From Lingula anatina (lineage: Eukaryota > Animalia > Brachiopoda): DNA of 64,000 bases. Made by a program: the position numbers and the translations under genes. The notes beneath the pieces were generated by a model, which did no database searches, was not told the origin of the DNA, and saw only the letters and a program-made list of their open reading frames with translations. Where the stretch lies: positions 6,820,001-6,884,000 of the forward strand of contig CM120642.1 in assembly GCA_051362555.1 (NCBI GenBank), read 5' to 3'. Position 1 is the stretch's first letter, and each line of letters begins with the position of its first letter. Shown here in pieces: positions 25,007-38,500 of this stretch.

Positions 25007-28000
25007 GTTATATTCAGACCAGCAGTATTGTCTGCAGACGTGCCTTCTAATAAACCAATTAGCCTAAAACGTCTATGGGCATATTCACTACTGAGATTGC
25101 ATTAGACAGGACTGTTGGATCGCACTATATAATGGCTTGCTAGTATAATTTCAGATTCAGGTGGTGCACAGCTGGCACATACGCTATTCCCAAGCTTCAA
25201 AGCTGTTTTTATTCGTGTGCGTCTTTGCCTTACATTGACACGCTCAATGTAGTAGAATTATTTTTCCCAAGCCAAAGTTACCGCCCCCTCCCCCCCTTTT
25301 TTTTTCTTTTAGCAATTTAATGTCCAGGATCCGCTCTTGTCTGGATCTGACGCTCCCTGAAACTACTAATGATGATATTTCGCAGCCTATAAAGTCTATA
25401 TTTGGAAGCCAAGGGCTCATAGTCACGGCAACGTTACGTGGCCCTCCTTTCATGAAAAACATCTACCTGTATATCGTTATCAAGAGGCCAATCTGTAGCA
25501 AATGGCTGCATCAAAATCCACGGTATTCTTGAAGGACACATTTTTAACAAAAAGTGTCTTTATTACAATCAGAATTTGATTAATTCAATCTGTTATATAC
25601 ATTCAAGCTAAATAGCTATTTGATAAATCATATCATAATCAATTCCTTGATGGAGACTTATTAAAGTCTATGTGATAGCTGGTGTAATGAATGTTCACTT
25701 CACAGGTGTAAATGGCAATTTCGATCGAATTCGATCGCGTTTGTTTCAACTTTTAGGAGCACCATTTCAATTATTTTTCAAAACGATGTATCTAAAATTG
25801 TTTCCAAATGATTTTTAAGTTCAATATACCCTTAGGGAATTCATAATCGTAGCTATCGGTTGTCACTTAGAACTGCATATTTTGAATTTCAAAGATTTCA
25901 TTTCTGTAATAAATGCTTCAGACATATTCCCTTTAACTCATGTGGTACAAATAATCTACTTTCATTTTGTTACAAAAAAATCACCTTCTTTGACGGAAGC
26001 ACTTTCTGTTCAAATGTTCGTGGGTGTATCTTAGCCACTGTTAAATTGTGATTTGGATTTCGTTCTTTGCGCACCCGCGGTTTTGTCGCACCAACAGCAA
26101 TTGTATCTTAAATCAATATTGCATTTGGCGTTTATCGGTATTCTAAAATATGACTATTAGCGTTTGAACAAAATCGAGTTGAACCGAGCATGCGTTATTC
26201 CGTCCCAGGTCCATACGCCGAGAAAATGCTTAGGGGCAGCAGTTTAAGGTCGGCCTACATTATGTGGAAGCGGGTTATTTGTATCGCCTGTATTACTGAT
26301 CTTGACTAAATGAAAGAAAAATGATATCTGTGAAGGACTAGGAGAAAGGAAAATGCTAACACTTTTATAAAGATCCCAAGAATTATTTTTCAAGAATCGC
26401 TGGTGGGTGAAATTCTCTAATGCGCCACATCATGTGTTGTTAAAGCGGTTTCAACAGCTGTCAGTTTGATGATTGTTAGCTTTTTTACAATATATGTCGT
26501 GGATTTAAAATTGTATATCGTTTTTTGATGTGACGGATATGAACAAATTATTTTATTTCAATAAAACATGTACAGCTGTACTTAAACGGCAAAAATTAAA
26601 TTATTGATTAAGATGGAAGTTAACGTTTTGACTGCGCTCCTGGTTTTATGGATACAGCTTAATCATCAATTAAGAAGCTACTTCGATTCGTATTCAGTCA
26701 GTTAACTCAAGGTCTACTTTTCCTCAGTTCCCATTATTGCCATTTACCAATTTAACACTCAAACGCCATTAGTTACCCTGAAGTTCAAAAACCAGCAGAC
26801 GATACTCTCTATGAACTAGCAGCTGCCGCCGGACACAATGGCGCTAAATGACAAGACAATCCAAATCGAACTCTGGTGCTCCGGGTATCGGTAGTTGGCG
26901 AGTTAATAAGTAATTGGAGGCGATGGGTATATTTGAGGAACTATGATAGATAGACCGCTTAAATGTTAATTGTCAACATCTTAGAAGAGGAACCCAACTG
27001 ATCCGGCACTTAACAGAAAGGTGCTTCTGCGACCAGCTGGGATAAAACTCCCGGGTGAGTCTTCCATCTTAGCTTAACAAGAAAACCCATTGGGGCCTGC
27101 CGTCACTATAACTTGAACCTAAGAACTTAATCGGTGTTGGATGCAAAGATATGATTCACTGTCGAAGAAATCCCGCGGTTACTTAAACCTGTATTTCAGA
27201 ATGTAAATTTCAATTAGGGACAATTGCCCTTGTTTCAAACTTGTCGCGGGACAATTTCCCGACAGGTTCAGTGCAATAAGGTGAGGCAGTACTTTAAATG
27301 TAATTGCGTTATAACACCAGTTTGCATCATTCTCATGCAATCTGCTTCCAACTTTTTGCACTTAGATTTTGTGACTGCGGTCGTAGTGTACATTTACAGG
27401 CATGCACGAAAGACGCGCTGTTAGTTCGACAGTCGATTAAAATCGGTACAAAACCTGACGAAACCCCATTGTGTAAATTGCCCCGTTAGAAGCACAAACG
27501 AAATTCACCATCGATTTCCAAAACCACCGAGGAGGGATGATAGAAACCGCAGCGCTTAATGGCGGTATTGTGATCAAAGAAACCGTCACCGGGAAAGGGG
27601 TCTGACCCTAAGACCGGCCGAGGTCGTTTTTTGGTCACTTCCCTGGATGGTGCTGGGTGCCTGTGGTTGCCTGGTCAATCTGGTCAGTCTGATCTTGTTA
27701 ACCTTTCACTTAAAGATGGAAAGTTAAAAAGTGCAGCTTAATCAACCTTGAAAGGAATGCTGCAAAGTGTGCTGTGTTGTGTCATGTTCTTTAAAATGAG
27801 AATAGCACGTTTTTTGGTTGTTTTTGTTTTTTGTTTTCTTTCCTTGTTTGCAAAGATCCAGTTAGATAGATATATGGAAAAATGTTTCAATGTTCCAGAA
27901 GTAAAGACCAATCAAAAGCTGGAAACATGAAATTATTATTGTCCATGGTTACCAGCTACGAATTTCTGTAAAAAAAATTTAAACAGGTGCGCGTGTATGT

Positions 28001-31000
28001 GCGCGCGTAGGTGCATGCGCATGTTTGTGTGTAACAGAATAGTTATAGTCAGAGTGTGGTGTTTGTTTTTTATCTTATTCAGGTTTACGCGGTGCAACAT
28101 ATGCTGGTTAATGCGCCTGTTCTCCCGGAGTTTCTTCTGCATGATTGACTTGTTGAGAAATTTTCTGGTGAATTTCACGGCCTGTCTGGGCTGTCAATAG
28201 TTACCTGCTGGCCAACCATTTCCAGTGCCCCTGTGGTATTTGATGGCGGTTCACTGGATTGCTTTGATCTACTTTTTTCTAACTGGGGTTCAGTATTTAT
28301 ACTTTTTGTGGTAGCAATATTGCGAAACAATTTGTTGAGAACAACTATAGATACCAATGATGTAATACACCGATAGTTCTGATTCATTTAAATTTGGTGT
28401 GGATATTTGAACATCCAAATCCAATTTAAAAAATAATGCTTTATGTATTTTGCTCGGTACCATATAGGCTAAAGATTAAGCGAAAATCGGACTTTACATA
28501 AAAACTGATTTTTAAAATTATGTTTGCTTGATAGTTCATTAAATATTAACTCAGTATTGTAATACAAGGCAAACAATATGTAATAGACATAAAATGTTGC
28601 CCAGAGCTCAAAAGACCATTTCATATTTATTAGATATGGTCCATGCATGGCCAAGCCGTGACTACTGTAGTCGAAAATATGTGAATACATAGAATTGTTT
28701 TGCTACAGTAGTTGATGCTACAATTGTCACTGACAACAGGTCTATGCGACAGCGTAGGTAAAACTTTTATTGGTTGCCTAGATAGGACAGTAGCTTAATA
28801 TTCTCTGTCAACGGAAGGTGCCGCTGGCTAAATATGGCTCATTTCAAATGGGCACTTTGTTCGTACGTAGTCTATGATAAATATACATGCATGATTTCAT
28901 AGGCATAGACTAAGTTAAGTTACGCAAATGTAAATCAAATATTGTCTCGGTTGACAAGTGTATGTCTTTTCAATGATTTATGTATCTCCTACAACACACT
29001 GATTGTAGCACTAACGAGAGCTGTTTAATGTAGTGTGTTTAAGATCTTGGTGAATAAACCCAAAGACCGCTAAGCTACATCATCTTCGTATATCTAAAAA
29101 TAAAGTCTTATACCTTATCCAAGTTTATAGCCAAACCTATCGATCAACGTCGATTGCAAAGCCGTCAGATATCAGTTTTAAAATAGAAATAATGTTCAAG
29201 ATATATAACTGTACGTTTTGCACCGTTTACAAACGATGTGTTGCACCATTTCGAGATATTTTTAGACTGCCCAATTACATAATCGTTTTCCGTTACAATG
29301 AGAGTCGTAGGCAAATTTGGAAGAATTTAGAAGAAAAACATCTTGATGAAAGTTGGTGTGGGTATGATTGTGATTAACGACTTACATCTTTAGACCTATA
29401 AAATAATTCTCTAGGATGAAAGCGACATGTCATCGTATTTTTATGATGTCTTTGGCAATGACGTAGAATTATTTGCAAATCGATCTGGACTCGACAGTAA
29501 CTTTTCGCACCTAACTCCCGTCCACGTTTTTAGCAGTGGGGTGGTGCATTCCAGACGCATAGCTTAAGCAGTCGGTATTATAGGGTCCTTTTGAAGTGCT
29601 TCTTCGACGTCAAGTGTCTATTTCCGAGATATTCGGAATATTGAAAGTTCAGCCGGGTACGTGCAGGGCGGAGTGGTGAAAACAACATGTGTGTCGTCGT
29701 GAAATTAAGCTGTGCAGTTGGCCCGAACATTTGTTTTCGATATTACAACTGAACTTAAAAGACGAGAAAAACCATGATTTGCAGAAGAAAGATGAGAGGT
29801 TAATTTTTAAAGGCTTTCCCGTTTTCCTGACTGCACGAGCATGCATTTTCAAAAAATGAATTATTTAACAGCTTGACGTGGTCATGTCATTACGTTAACA
29901 TAGTAGTAGGATAGCTCTACCCGTGCAGCCTGATTGAAAAAAGTTCTTCATATATTTTCCGTTTTGAGTACATTTGCGAAGAAAAACTCATTTAAGTTTA
30001 CGCCAATGTTTTAATGTGAAAATTTCCTGGGACCTCTTTAACAAGAGAACTGTAACCCGAAGTATGGTCTCAACTTTTAGACCACTTTTGTCCCATAGAC
30101 CCTTAGAATTATAAGGTCTGTTTTTATAAAAATAAACATATTGTTGTTGTTTCGTAAGTTTACTTAAGTTGTACGTTATTTTAGTGAACTATTAGAGTTT
30201 TATCTTGAACTAAAGTAGGCCAAATATTTGGTTTAAAAGTTCGGAGTTTGTCTGTTAGCAGTTGCCCTCTTCCAGGAATCATCTCCGAAAAAAAATACAT
30301 GCATTGAACTTGACATAACAATGCCCACTGCTTGTACGGTGGTTGATCCATGCGACAAGCAGGCGACATTCCCCTAAGGGATTGGAACGCTAACATGGGC
30401 CTACTGGTGGACTAAGAAATTAAAGAATAGTGGCATCTTTTTCGTTTAGAATAGCAGTGTGTCATTTAAACTTTTTCGTTTTATGTTCAGTTTTGTAATA
30501 TAGTTTTACCTATTTAGCTATATCTTGGATTGAGTTTTGTATGCAATATGTGGGAGCTGCTTAAACATGATTAAAGCATTGTCGAGTAAGAAGCTTTCTA
30601 TTTATTGTGAATCAAACCATTGTTCATGTCCCATTCATTCCATTAATTTTGTACCGTTTTTTTTAATCCGCAAATGGCCTTGTGAATAGCAGTTTGTGAT
30701 TTGGAAGGTCCCTGGATCGATCATGCCAAAAATTGTTTAACGTTACTTGTAGACATATTAGCCTTCTTAAGTTTGCCTCCATCCCCAGTTGTTATACGTC
30801 TTTCCCAATATCCTGTAACCAAAACTTCCAAAGGATCTGACTGTCTTTCCAAATAATAGCATATCGATGCATTGCGTGGATAAACCTTAAAGACAGGAAA
30901 ATATTCGCAGGGCTGTAATTCATTAATATCCGACGAAAAACAGTAGCGGGAGGAATTAATGATCAAAGATTGAAAATTTCGCTGGTCAGCTTTTGTCGGA

Positions 31001-31727
31001 GTATTGTATGCAAATGTTTTTGCTTTTGTTTTTACACTGGGATGTCCAGGTGCATGAGCAATGTTGCAAACGTCGTCTCGTAATTGTATTCGATCCCGCA
31101 CCACATTCATAAACCAGACGCGCAAAAAGCATTTAATTCAGAAACAAGCTGTGTTCTTTATCAACACGAGCAATCTTTAATACTTCTGCAGTTGCAATCA
31201 TAAAAGACAATCCCACAGAGATATAATCGTTCAAACAATTGTCAAAATTTTGCAAATTCCAAGTATGCAACTTGGCGCCTGGATTCACGCAAAACCCCGC
31301 GAGATTCTAACGTATATTGGGAAAATCTAATTGAAATGATAAATGCTTCCTTCATTTTGCTATTGATTTGATTATCGACCTAACTACTAGCCGTCACGGG
31401 ACAGATTACCGGACCCTTGGTATTGAAATTCGGCCTCGAAAGACACATTAAACGTGCAAAAGATCAACCAGCAAATCAAGAAATATTGACATACAAATTT
31501 GAAAACGCTCTTGATTTACATGGATTGGTTAAAGACAGCTAATTTGTCACTATCATGCATCATTATTCCCGTAATGGGCCGCGAGAGCTGTGCGCGAATG
31601 GTCATAAATTGTTGTTTGGTTTTGGCGCAGCTAAAACGGCAATTATCATTATTATTTCCGTTATAACCGAATGAAGGGAAAGGCTTTTAGAAAAACATGT
31701 TCTTTGTTTTGATGCACATGAATGATG

Positions 31728-31730
31728 AAA

Positions 31731-31777
<47 letters not shown>
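31728..31777. repeat. (AAAT)n microsatellite followed by a purine-rich low-complexity tract
   Basis: About 12 AAAT units. Explains the YLFI repeats in ORFs 31602..31946 and 31687..31938. Confidence 0.95.
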
Positions 31778-32370
31778 GTAGGTAAGAGAGAAAGATAGCT
31801 AGGCAGAGAAGTAGAGGAAAGGATAAAGAAAGAAAATAGGGGAAATAAATGAATGAATAAAAAGATGAAAAGGTTAATAAATGGGTGAATAAAAAATAAA
31901 CGAATAGATAGTGAAATGAACACAACATAAAAAAACACAGTGGCAAAGTCTATGTAACATTTGTTTAATTATTTTGTCAAAACTCATTGGATATATTTAT
32001 ATAAACAAACAGTTAAGTCATGATCAGTAAAATCGAATTTCGTTTTGAGAACCGAAGTGAGCCAGTCACGTTCGAGATACCAAAGGCAGGCAATTTCTTA
32101 GTAATTGCTTTTTCTTAGCAAAAGGGGGTCAGATTGCAAATAATTCCTCTTCTGGGAATCGAGTTATCCTTTACTCTCTTGGGCCACCGTAGTTTTGCAC
32201 GACGAGACCTTCCCAAGAGCGGAGGGGAAAATCGCATTGCATCAGCTGGGAAAATTACATATATCCAACACACGCATACACCCCTTCTGCTTTTCAGCCA
32301 ACCATCTGGTCTGCCGTCACTAATACGAGGCGACCTTATTAATAGCTCCCTCTTCGCATTATCTTTCCAG

Positions 32371-32524
32371 AGTTGCTTCAGAAGCAGTCGAGGTCGAATT
32401 CTGCATCGTCGCCTCTTTATAGAAAGGCATGAAATATTCCGTTTGACAACCATAGTGTGAAAAGCGGCTCGAGTTTCGATTGCTTCGACATATGCCTGCC
32501 GGCCGTGGACAAGAATAATACAAG
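32371..32524 (+). other. Candidate non-coding exon (first or internal 5'UTR exon)
   Basis: Donor CAAG|GTATGT at 32525. The 5' boundary is either the acceptor attatctttccag (32370) or a TSS about 30 bp after TTATTAATA (~32336). Stops in all three frames; CpG-rich. Confidence 0.35.
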
Positions 32525-35500
32525 GTATGTGCAATCCCGAGCAATTTGCCGGGTGTAATTAGACGTGAGCTATGGTGTGGTATCTTCATTTTCACTTCAT
32601 TATGATGTTCATGATGTTTTACAAGCCGTCAGCCCCCATAAAAATGTAGCATCGAAATTTACAAAGAGTCATTTGTATGATTGCCCACTGACATGTTCGT
32701 TTGCGTGAGTTCGTTGAGGCTCACTAAATCGACATCTCTGTATAGCTAGTATTGAAAATAGTCGATTTTTTTTTTACCAACAACACAATTCAGGAAACGA
32801 ACCATTCAAACCAAGGCTGGGGGTTTTGTATGTCATTTCTGTCCTGAAACATGCAATAGGTTCTTTCCTTGCAATTGCAACGGACAGTTTCAGACACGTT
32901 GCGTATAAGTCGCGGTGAATATTGCTTGTTGTGAAAGCTACTAAAGTGCATAGAAACACAATAGATTAAGCACAGGCTTTTCAGCCTCAGTTATCTCTGC
33001 GTGATATTTTTTCATATCTCTTGAGAATTCCACAATGTTGAAACTCTTCCGATGCCATCATTGCAGTCATATAACAGACGTACGTAGAGAACCTAGGAGA
33101 GAGTAGGCGTAACAATATTTACTTTTTGCTGTGTTAATTCTCCTTGCCTTGTTGTTAAGTGCCAAAATTCTTGTACTGGCCCGGGTTTATCAGAGACCGC
33201 CAACACTCTAAGTGCGAGTGTTTCTCTGAGTATTTTTTGTCCAACTGACAGCGATTGCGAGCCTCACAGGTCAGCAAGCATGGCGTTGAGAGAAAACTAA
33301 TGAACGTCTAAATATGTAGCAAGTCTTGAATGCGTGACCTCCTGAGAATGACAACCGTTATACAACTTGTACCTAATTATGAAAAGCCAATGCACACTAT
33401 GTCTGGTTATGTTATAACGCTAAAAGAAATCAAAGCAATATGTTTGGGGTTACACAAACGAATTTGCAGACTACTTTTTTACCAAGACTTGAAAGAATAC
33501 TGGATTCCAAGCAGAAAGCGCTAATACAGACGTTACAGAAGAAATTTCCATTTCGCCAAAATATCGACATCTTTCTCGAATTTCGCAGCATGAATTTCTA
33601 ATTTTCTTGTCTTTCTGCGCTTGCTTTAACTGTACTACTAGGAACAGGGAATAGCACAAGTTATCGACATACTACATTAACCCAGCCACAGATAATAGAA
33701 ATTAAAGCCAACCGCACCTTGAACGTTTGACACCGGTTATCGAAGTCAAAGGCGGTGATTTCCATTAAGAATTCTAATCATCAGAATGGAAAACGCTGTC
33801 TGTGCTCATATTAATTGTTTTATGTCCCTGATGCGTTCTTGGGGACTAAAGTGATTGGCAACAAGCAGCGTTTGCTGCTTTTTACAGTTAAGAATTCTGC
33901 TGTGGCTTACCCACGTAATCAATTGTACGCCAACTTATATCAGTTTGAATGTCCCATTTTGATTTTTACATGTAAAGGGCCATAACTCAAGTAGATGAAA
34001 TAGGGTAATTCTTCAATTTTAGGTATAAAAAGCATTTAAAAACTGAAACAGTGGTCTATGTCATAAGTAGGCATTATATAGCACGATGCGTGATGCAGCA
34101 TATGAAAGACCGGCATTTACAACAAAATCGCTGCTTTATAACAAAAACTTGAAAATTCTCTCGAGGAGACAGCTTTTTTCTGAACACCATCAGATTCTCA
34201 CTGGTTAACTTCAGAGTTGTTTTTACCTGCAATTCGGAAAACTAATTAAATTATCAAATGAAGACCTAGACTATGAGACGGGTGGGAATCCGAGCTTCTA
34301 AGAAAAGTGCATGGAAGAGGCCAGGGGGAAATTAGTGTCGGTCCACGCACTTCTGTCCAGGGTAAATACGATTGAAAAATTGGCAAAAGGTTATCTTCAT
34401 CATTCCGCTGTTCCATGTGAACCTCGCTGGCAGGAAGGACAAAGTGCCAGCAGTCTCCGCCATTGTGAAAACATTAAAAGGAATCCAACATCCAGCGCTT
34501 TTCTTTCCCGTTGTTGCGTGACACATATCCAGTGTACTTTAGAAGATTTCATCTTTTGATGCCTTTATAGTCTTTCTCTTTATCCACATTTCGTCTACTT
34601 TAAAGCATATTATTGAAGTCTTCACCGGAACCATTAGGTCTTGTTTAGAAACATGGGTTTGTTAAGAGGTGGTTTGGCACAGATGCAAAGTATTGTAACT
34701 ATAGATTAAAAACCCTAAGTGCTTAATGTCAGGCGCATCACAAACGTACAAATGAACCCATAATCCACCCCAGAAATAAAATGCTAAATGCAGATGGTCT
34801 GTGTTGTGTCGGAGAGCGTGTTTCACACTATTTCAATGCGACAAAAGCGAGATAGCGCTACTTTCTATTCAAGAGAGTTTTTCTAGAAAGAAGCAAAAAC
34901 AGTCTCAGGATATATAGATTTGGTACATTATGCAAATACAAATAGACGCGTGGTGCGAACCAACCACAAAACACAGAATATCTTTAAAGATACAACACCG
35001 ATATCGATTGACATTACTCGTCGTGATAGTTCCAGCGATCGTATCACTATGAGCTAAAAAGCAACAACCCTGGAGGGAAAACATTCAGAATATTTTAACG
35101 GTTAATCTATCATTCTCAAGATTATTTTTTCTATATGTTTGATGTGTAGATAAAAGACAAGCACTAAATGCCCAGGTAGTTATCCATTTCAGTAGAGGTA
35201 ATTTTAAACTTTTTGATACTCTTTTTTTTGTTAACAACACTTTTGTATGCAGAATGTTGATGGCGGTCTTACATAGAAGACAAAGACATAATGAAAACTT
35301 TTAGGCTTACAATGTATGTCTTCCAAGGTATGGGTTTCTTCCTCACTTTTTTCTACATTTCGTATTTAGACCCGTTCACTGATAGCAGAATTTGGTCGTA
35401 ATGAAAGGAGTTGACTTTTGTTCTCTTTAATTTTGATAGTTATGAGTTATGGGGTGAATTGGAACGAAGCCTGGAAAAGGCTTTTCTTTTGAAGATTTTT

Positions 35501-38500
35501 ATGTTTAAAGGTAAAACAGATACAGTAACCAAAGCATTTTGTTATATAAAGTGAGAATCATTGGCGGTGATAACGTCAAAACTGGCGATAATGCGACTGT
35601 TTAATTTTCTAGAACAGTGTATTACGTGTATATTTCCTGAGGTGAGGTGAGGCATGTCAGTTTTTTATCAAGTACGAATGCGAAATGTTCATATTTTTGA
35701 AAATATCTTCATTGCCAATGGGTTTCATAGGAAAGAGACTATAATTATTTAGGAAGATATTCTGAATATTGTGTGAAAAAAAACGTACATGTACTCGTCC
35801 AAAGTGAGGTAATACAAAAAGCCTCTCACCACCTTTTACATCCATTAAGCCATCAGTTTTGGTGCATTTAGGATGTTCAAAATTAAATTTCATTGTGGTA
35901 AGTCCCGTCCAAGGCCTTCTAGAATACTTCCCTTAATTTCAAACGAGATACAGACTAATTCTGACTGCGTGCCCCCACTTTTCTTACAAATATTCCGGTT
36001 AGATTATTATCATACCCGGATGGACCATCTCTTTTTTCAAATTCAACAAATTGTCATGGACCTTATCTGGCTAATAGCATGCCAGGTAACGGCTCCCCGT
36101 GAGGCCAAAACATTAAGCATTAAGAATGTTTGGGATCCGCAAGCTTTGTGTGGTTCCATGGCAATGGGAATTGTTCGAAATGCCAAGAAAGAGAATACGT
36201 GTATAATGGCTTACATCAGGGGTTAGCTGTAATCACAATATTGGTAACCTCAATGTAATGCATTGTTGTTTTCGGTCATGTAATAGGTGTTGTTTTTATC
36301 ACTTAATGAATCAGTATTGGTTTTACTGAGCTCGGTTTCAGTCATTTGGGTCCTTTGAACAGTGGTTCATTCATGCAGAGGACATCATATTTCGCGTGTT
36401 CCTTTCTCATTGCTAATGAACTTTGTGCACCAGACGGAAGTTTGGGCAACGTTATTTTTTGTATTGAAAAGCCTTTCAAGTGAAACTTCATTTCAATCAC
36501 TTAATGCAATGGCAACTAAATCAATCAGATCTCTTCGGTTGTCAAGCGGCAAGATTATGACATGCACGTAATGCATTCTTTGTAGACTTCTGAAATTTTG
36601 AAAAATTCCAGACTGACACGAACTATCTTGTATAAGATCATCCTAGAAGGGGGCGTAATGAAGTATATTTGACCTATATCATTATGTTCAGTCTACTGGT
36701 TATGACGACCAAATGGTAATTGAAGGCAGGCTGCAAAGAAGATCACGAACATTAAATGAAAAGGACAAATTGCGGTTCCAATGACGAGCGTGTTCTTCCG
36801 CTACAGGAAGTACTCCGTGCCTCCGCACTTCAAACGGTTCTCTCAATAATAAATCATTCACGCAATTAACAAGCACGAGACGGGTGAAATATATCACAGG
36901 TTGATATGATTGATCCTAGATTGCCTTCAGATCTTTTCATTGAAACAAAAAAATAATATATCGGGGAGAGCTCCAGTTGGGGCGTGGGAGAGGCTATTCA
37001 CAATGAAATACCACTATTCTGACCTCACTCTCGGTTTGGCGGTGTAGAACATAAGGAAATGGCTCCTTTATAAAGTGTTTTTGGAAAAAAATGAGTGTTG
37101 GTGTATTACTTTGTATGTCAACTCGATGAGACCAGAGAAGGAAGCTCTTCTCTCATATCCCACCCAGGTCGATGTTACACGTAAATTTTGCGAAGAAAAC
37201 AGTAGGTCTCTACTGCACTTGACCTAAACAAGAAGCTTTGTGTACATAGGCAGAGAAAATCTTCGATTCGTTAGCTTGCGTCTAACTAACGAAGGGTAAG
37301 AATTCCACTGCTTGCGTAAAGGGAATTCCGCGTTGTATAATGCACAATCTGGTCAAAAGCTGGTCATGATGAACCTCATTCTGGCCTTGTGCTGTTCTAT
37401 ACTAGTACACGTACCCGGGTATGCTTTCGAGCTCATTCGCATTTTTCTTTCGACTTGCACATACAGTAATATCTTTATCATTTTTTATTACGCGCCAATG
37501 CAAAAAGAGTGGTAATCTTTCAATCAACTTGTAATAATTAAGCTACATATGAATTGAAACTTACCCATGGTAAACCCCATTATTAAAGTGCCTTAAAAGT
37601 CATGTCGCCCTTGTGTATTGGGCCCCTATAGATAAATACAACTGCGAAAAGTATTGATTAACAATAAGTAAAACATTATCACTGTACTTCAGTTCTTCCT
37701 GTTTGCTTCACAAACTGCCCATCGGAATATTACACTGAGTCGAAACGATCAGAGACAATATCTTAATTCCGTTAATCTCGTCAGTGTCTTTGACATGTGT
37801 CAGCTAATTGGGTTTTCAGCTTATTAGAGCTAAACTCGGGAGCAGGCCAATCGTTTTTAGCTGGCACTGAGCACAAAATAGATCTTTCACTTCGCTTTGA
37901 ACATTGCTGAGTGTCTGCCCGAAACCCCGTGTATATTCTGATAGTATTTCTTATGTAAGGGCTGTGGCGCTGTTTATAAGCTTTTTGTATTTGAATTAGC
38001 ATCATAACAGAAAATACTTCAAAATGTTCTGCACTCTCATGAGATTCCCTCACAGACAAAAATGGGCAACGCTTGATATATGCCCCCGATGCTCTGGAAC
38101 AATTGGCATTGGATTATGACCTTTGGATTGGCAGGTAGAAGATACATACACCAAAACTTAACTCGCCATTTTATAGATATTCGACTTTGTATTTATCTTT
38201 TATGTTTATATTCATATTTATTATAGTTAGTGATGCACATAGAAATGTATACATGGACAGCCTTTGCACATTTGCAAAAACAAGCTTAAATTGATCCACA
38301 CCAAGCCACTACCGTCTCATGTCTTATCAAACGATACCAAACTTTGAATCCTATTGCCTGTCTCCTGTAAGTGTATATGATGTGGGTTTAGATGTTTGAT
38401 TAGACTATATTCGGTATACATTGTAGTGAAGGGAAACCTTAATTACTTTTGGGTTTTCCAAAGTACAAAAGTATAAGCAAGTTGGCCTTTTTTTCTTCCT

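Noticed and set aside
25722-25737. Perfect 16-bp palindrome CGATCGAATTCGATCG
   Set aside because: Isolated, and explicable by a short local duplication of a palindromic unit; no context.
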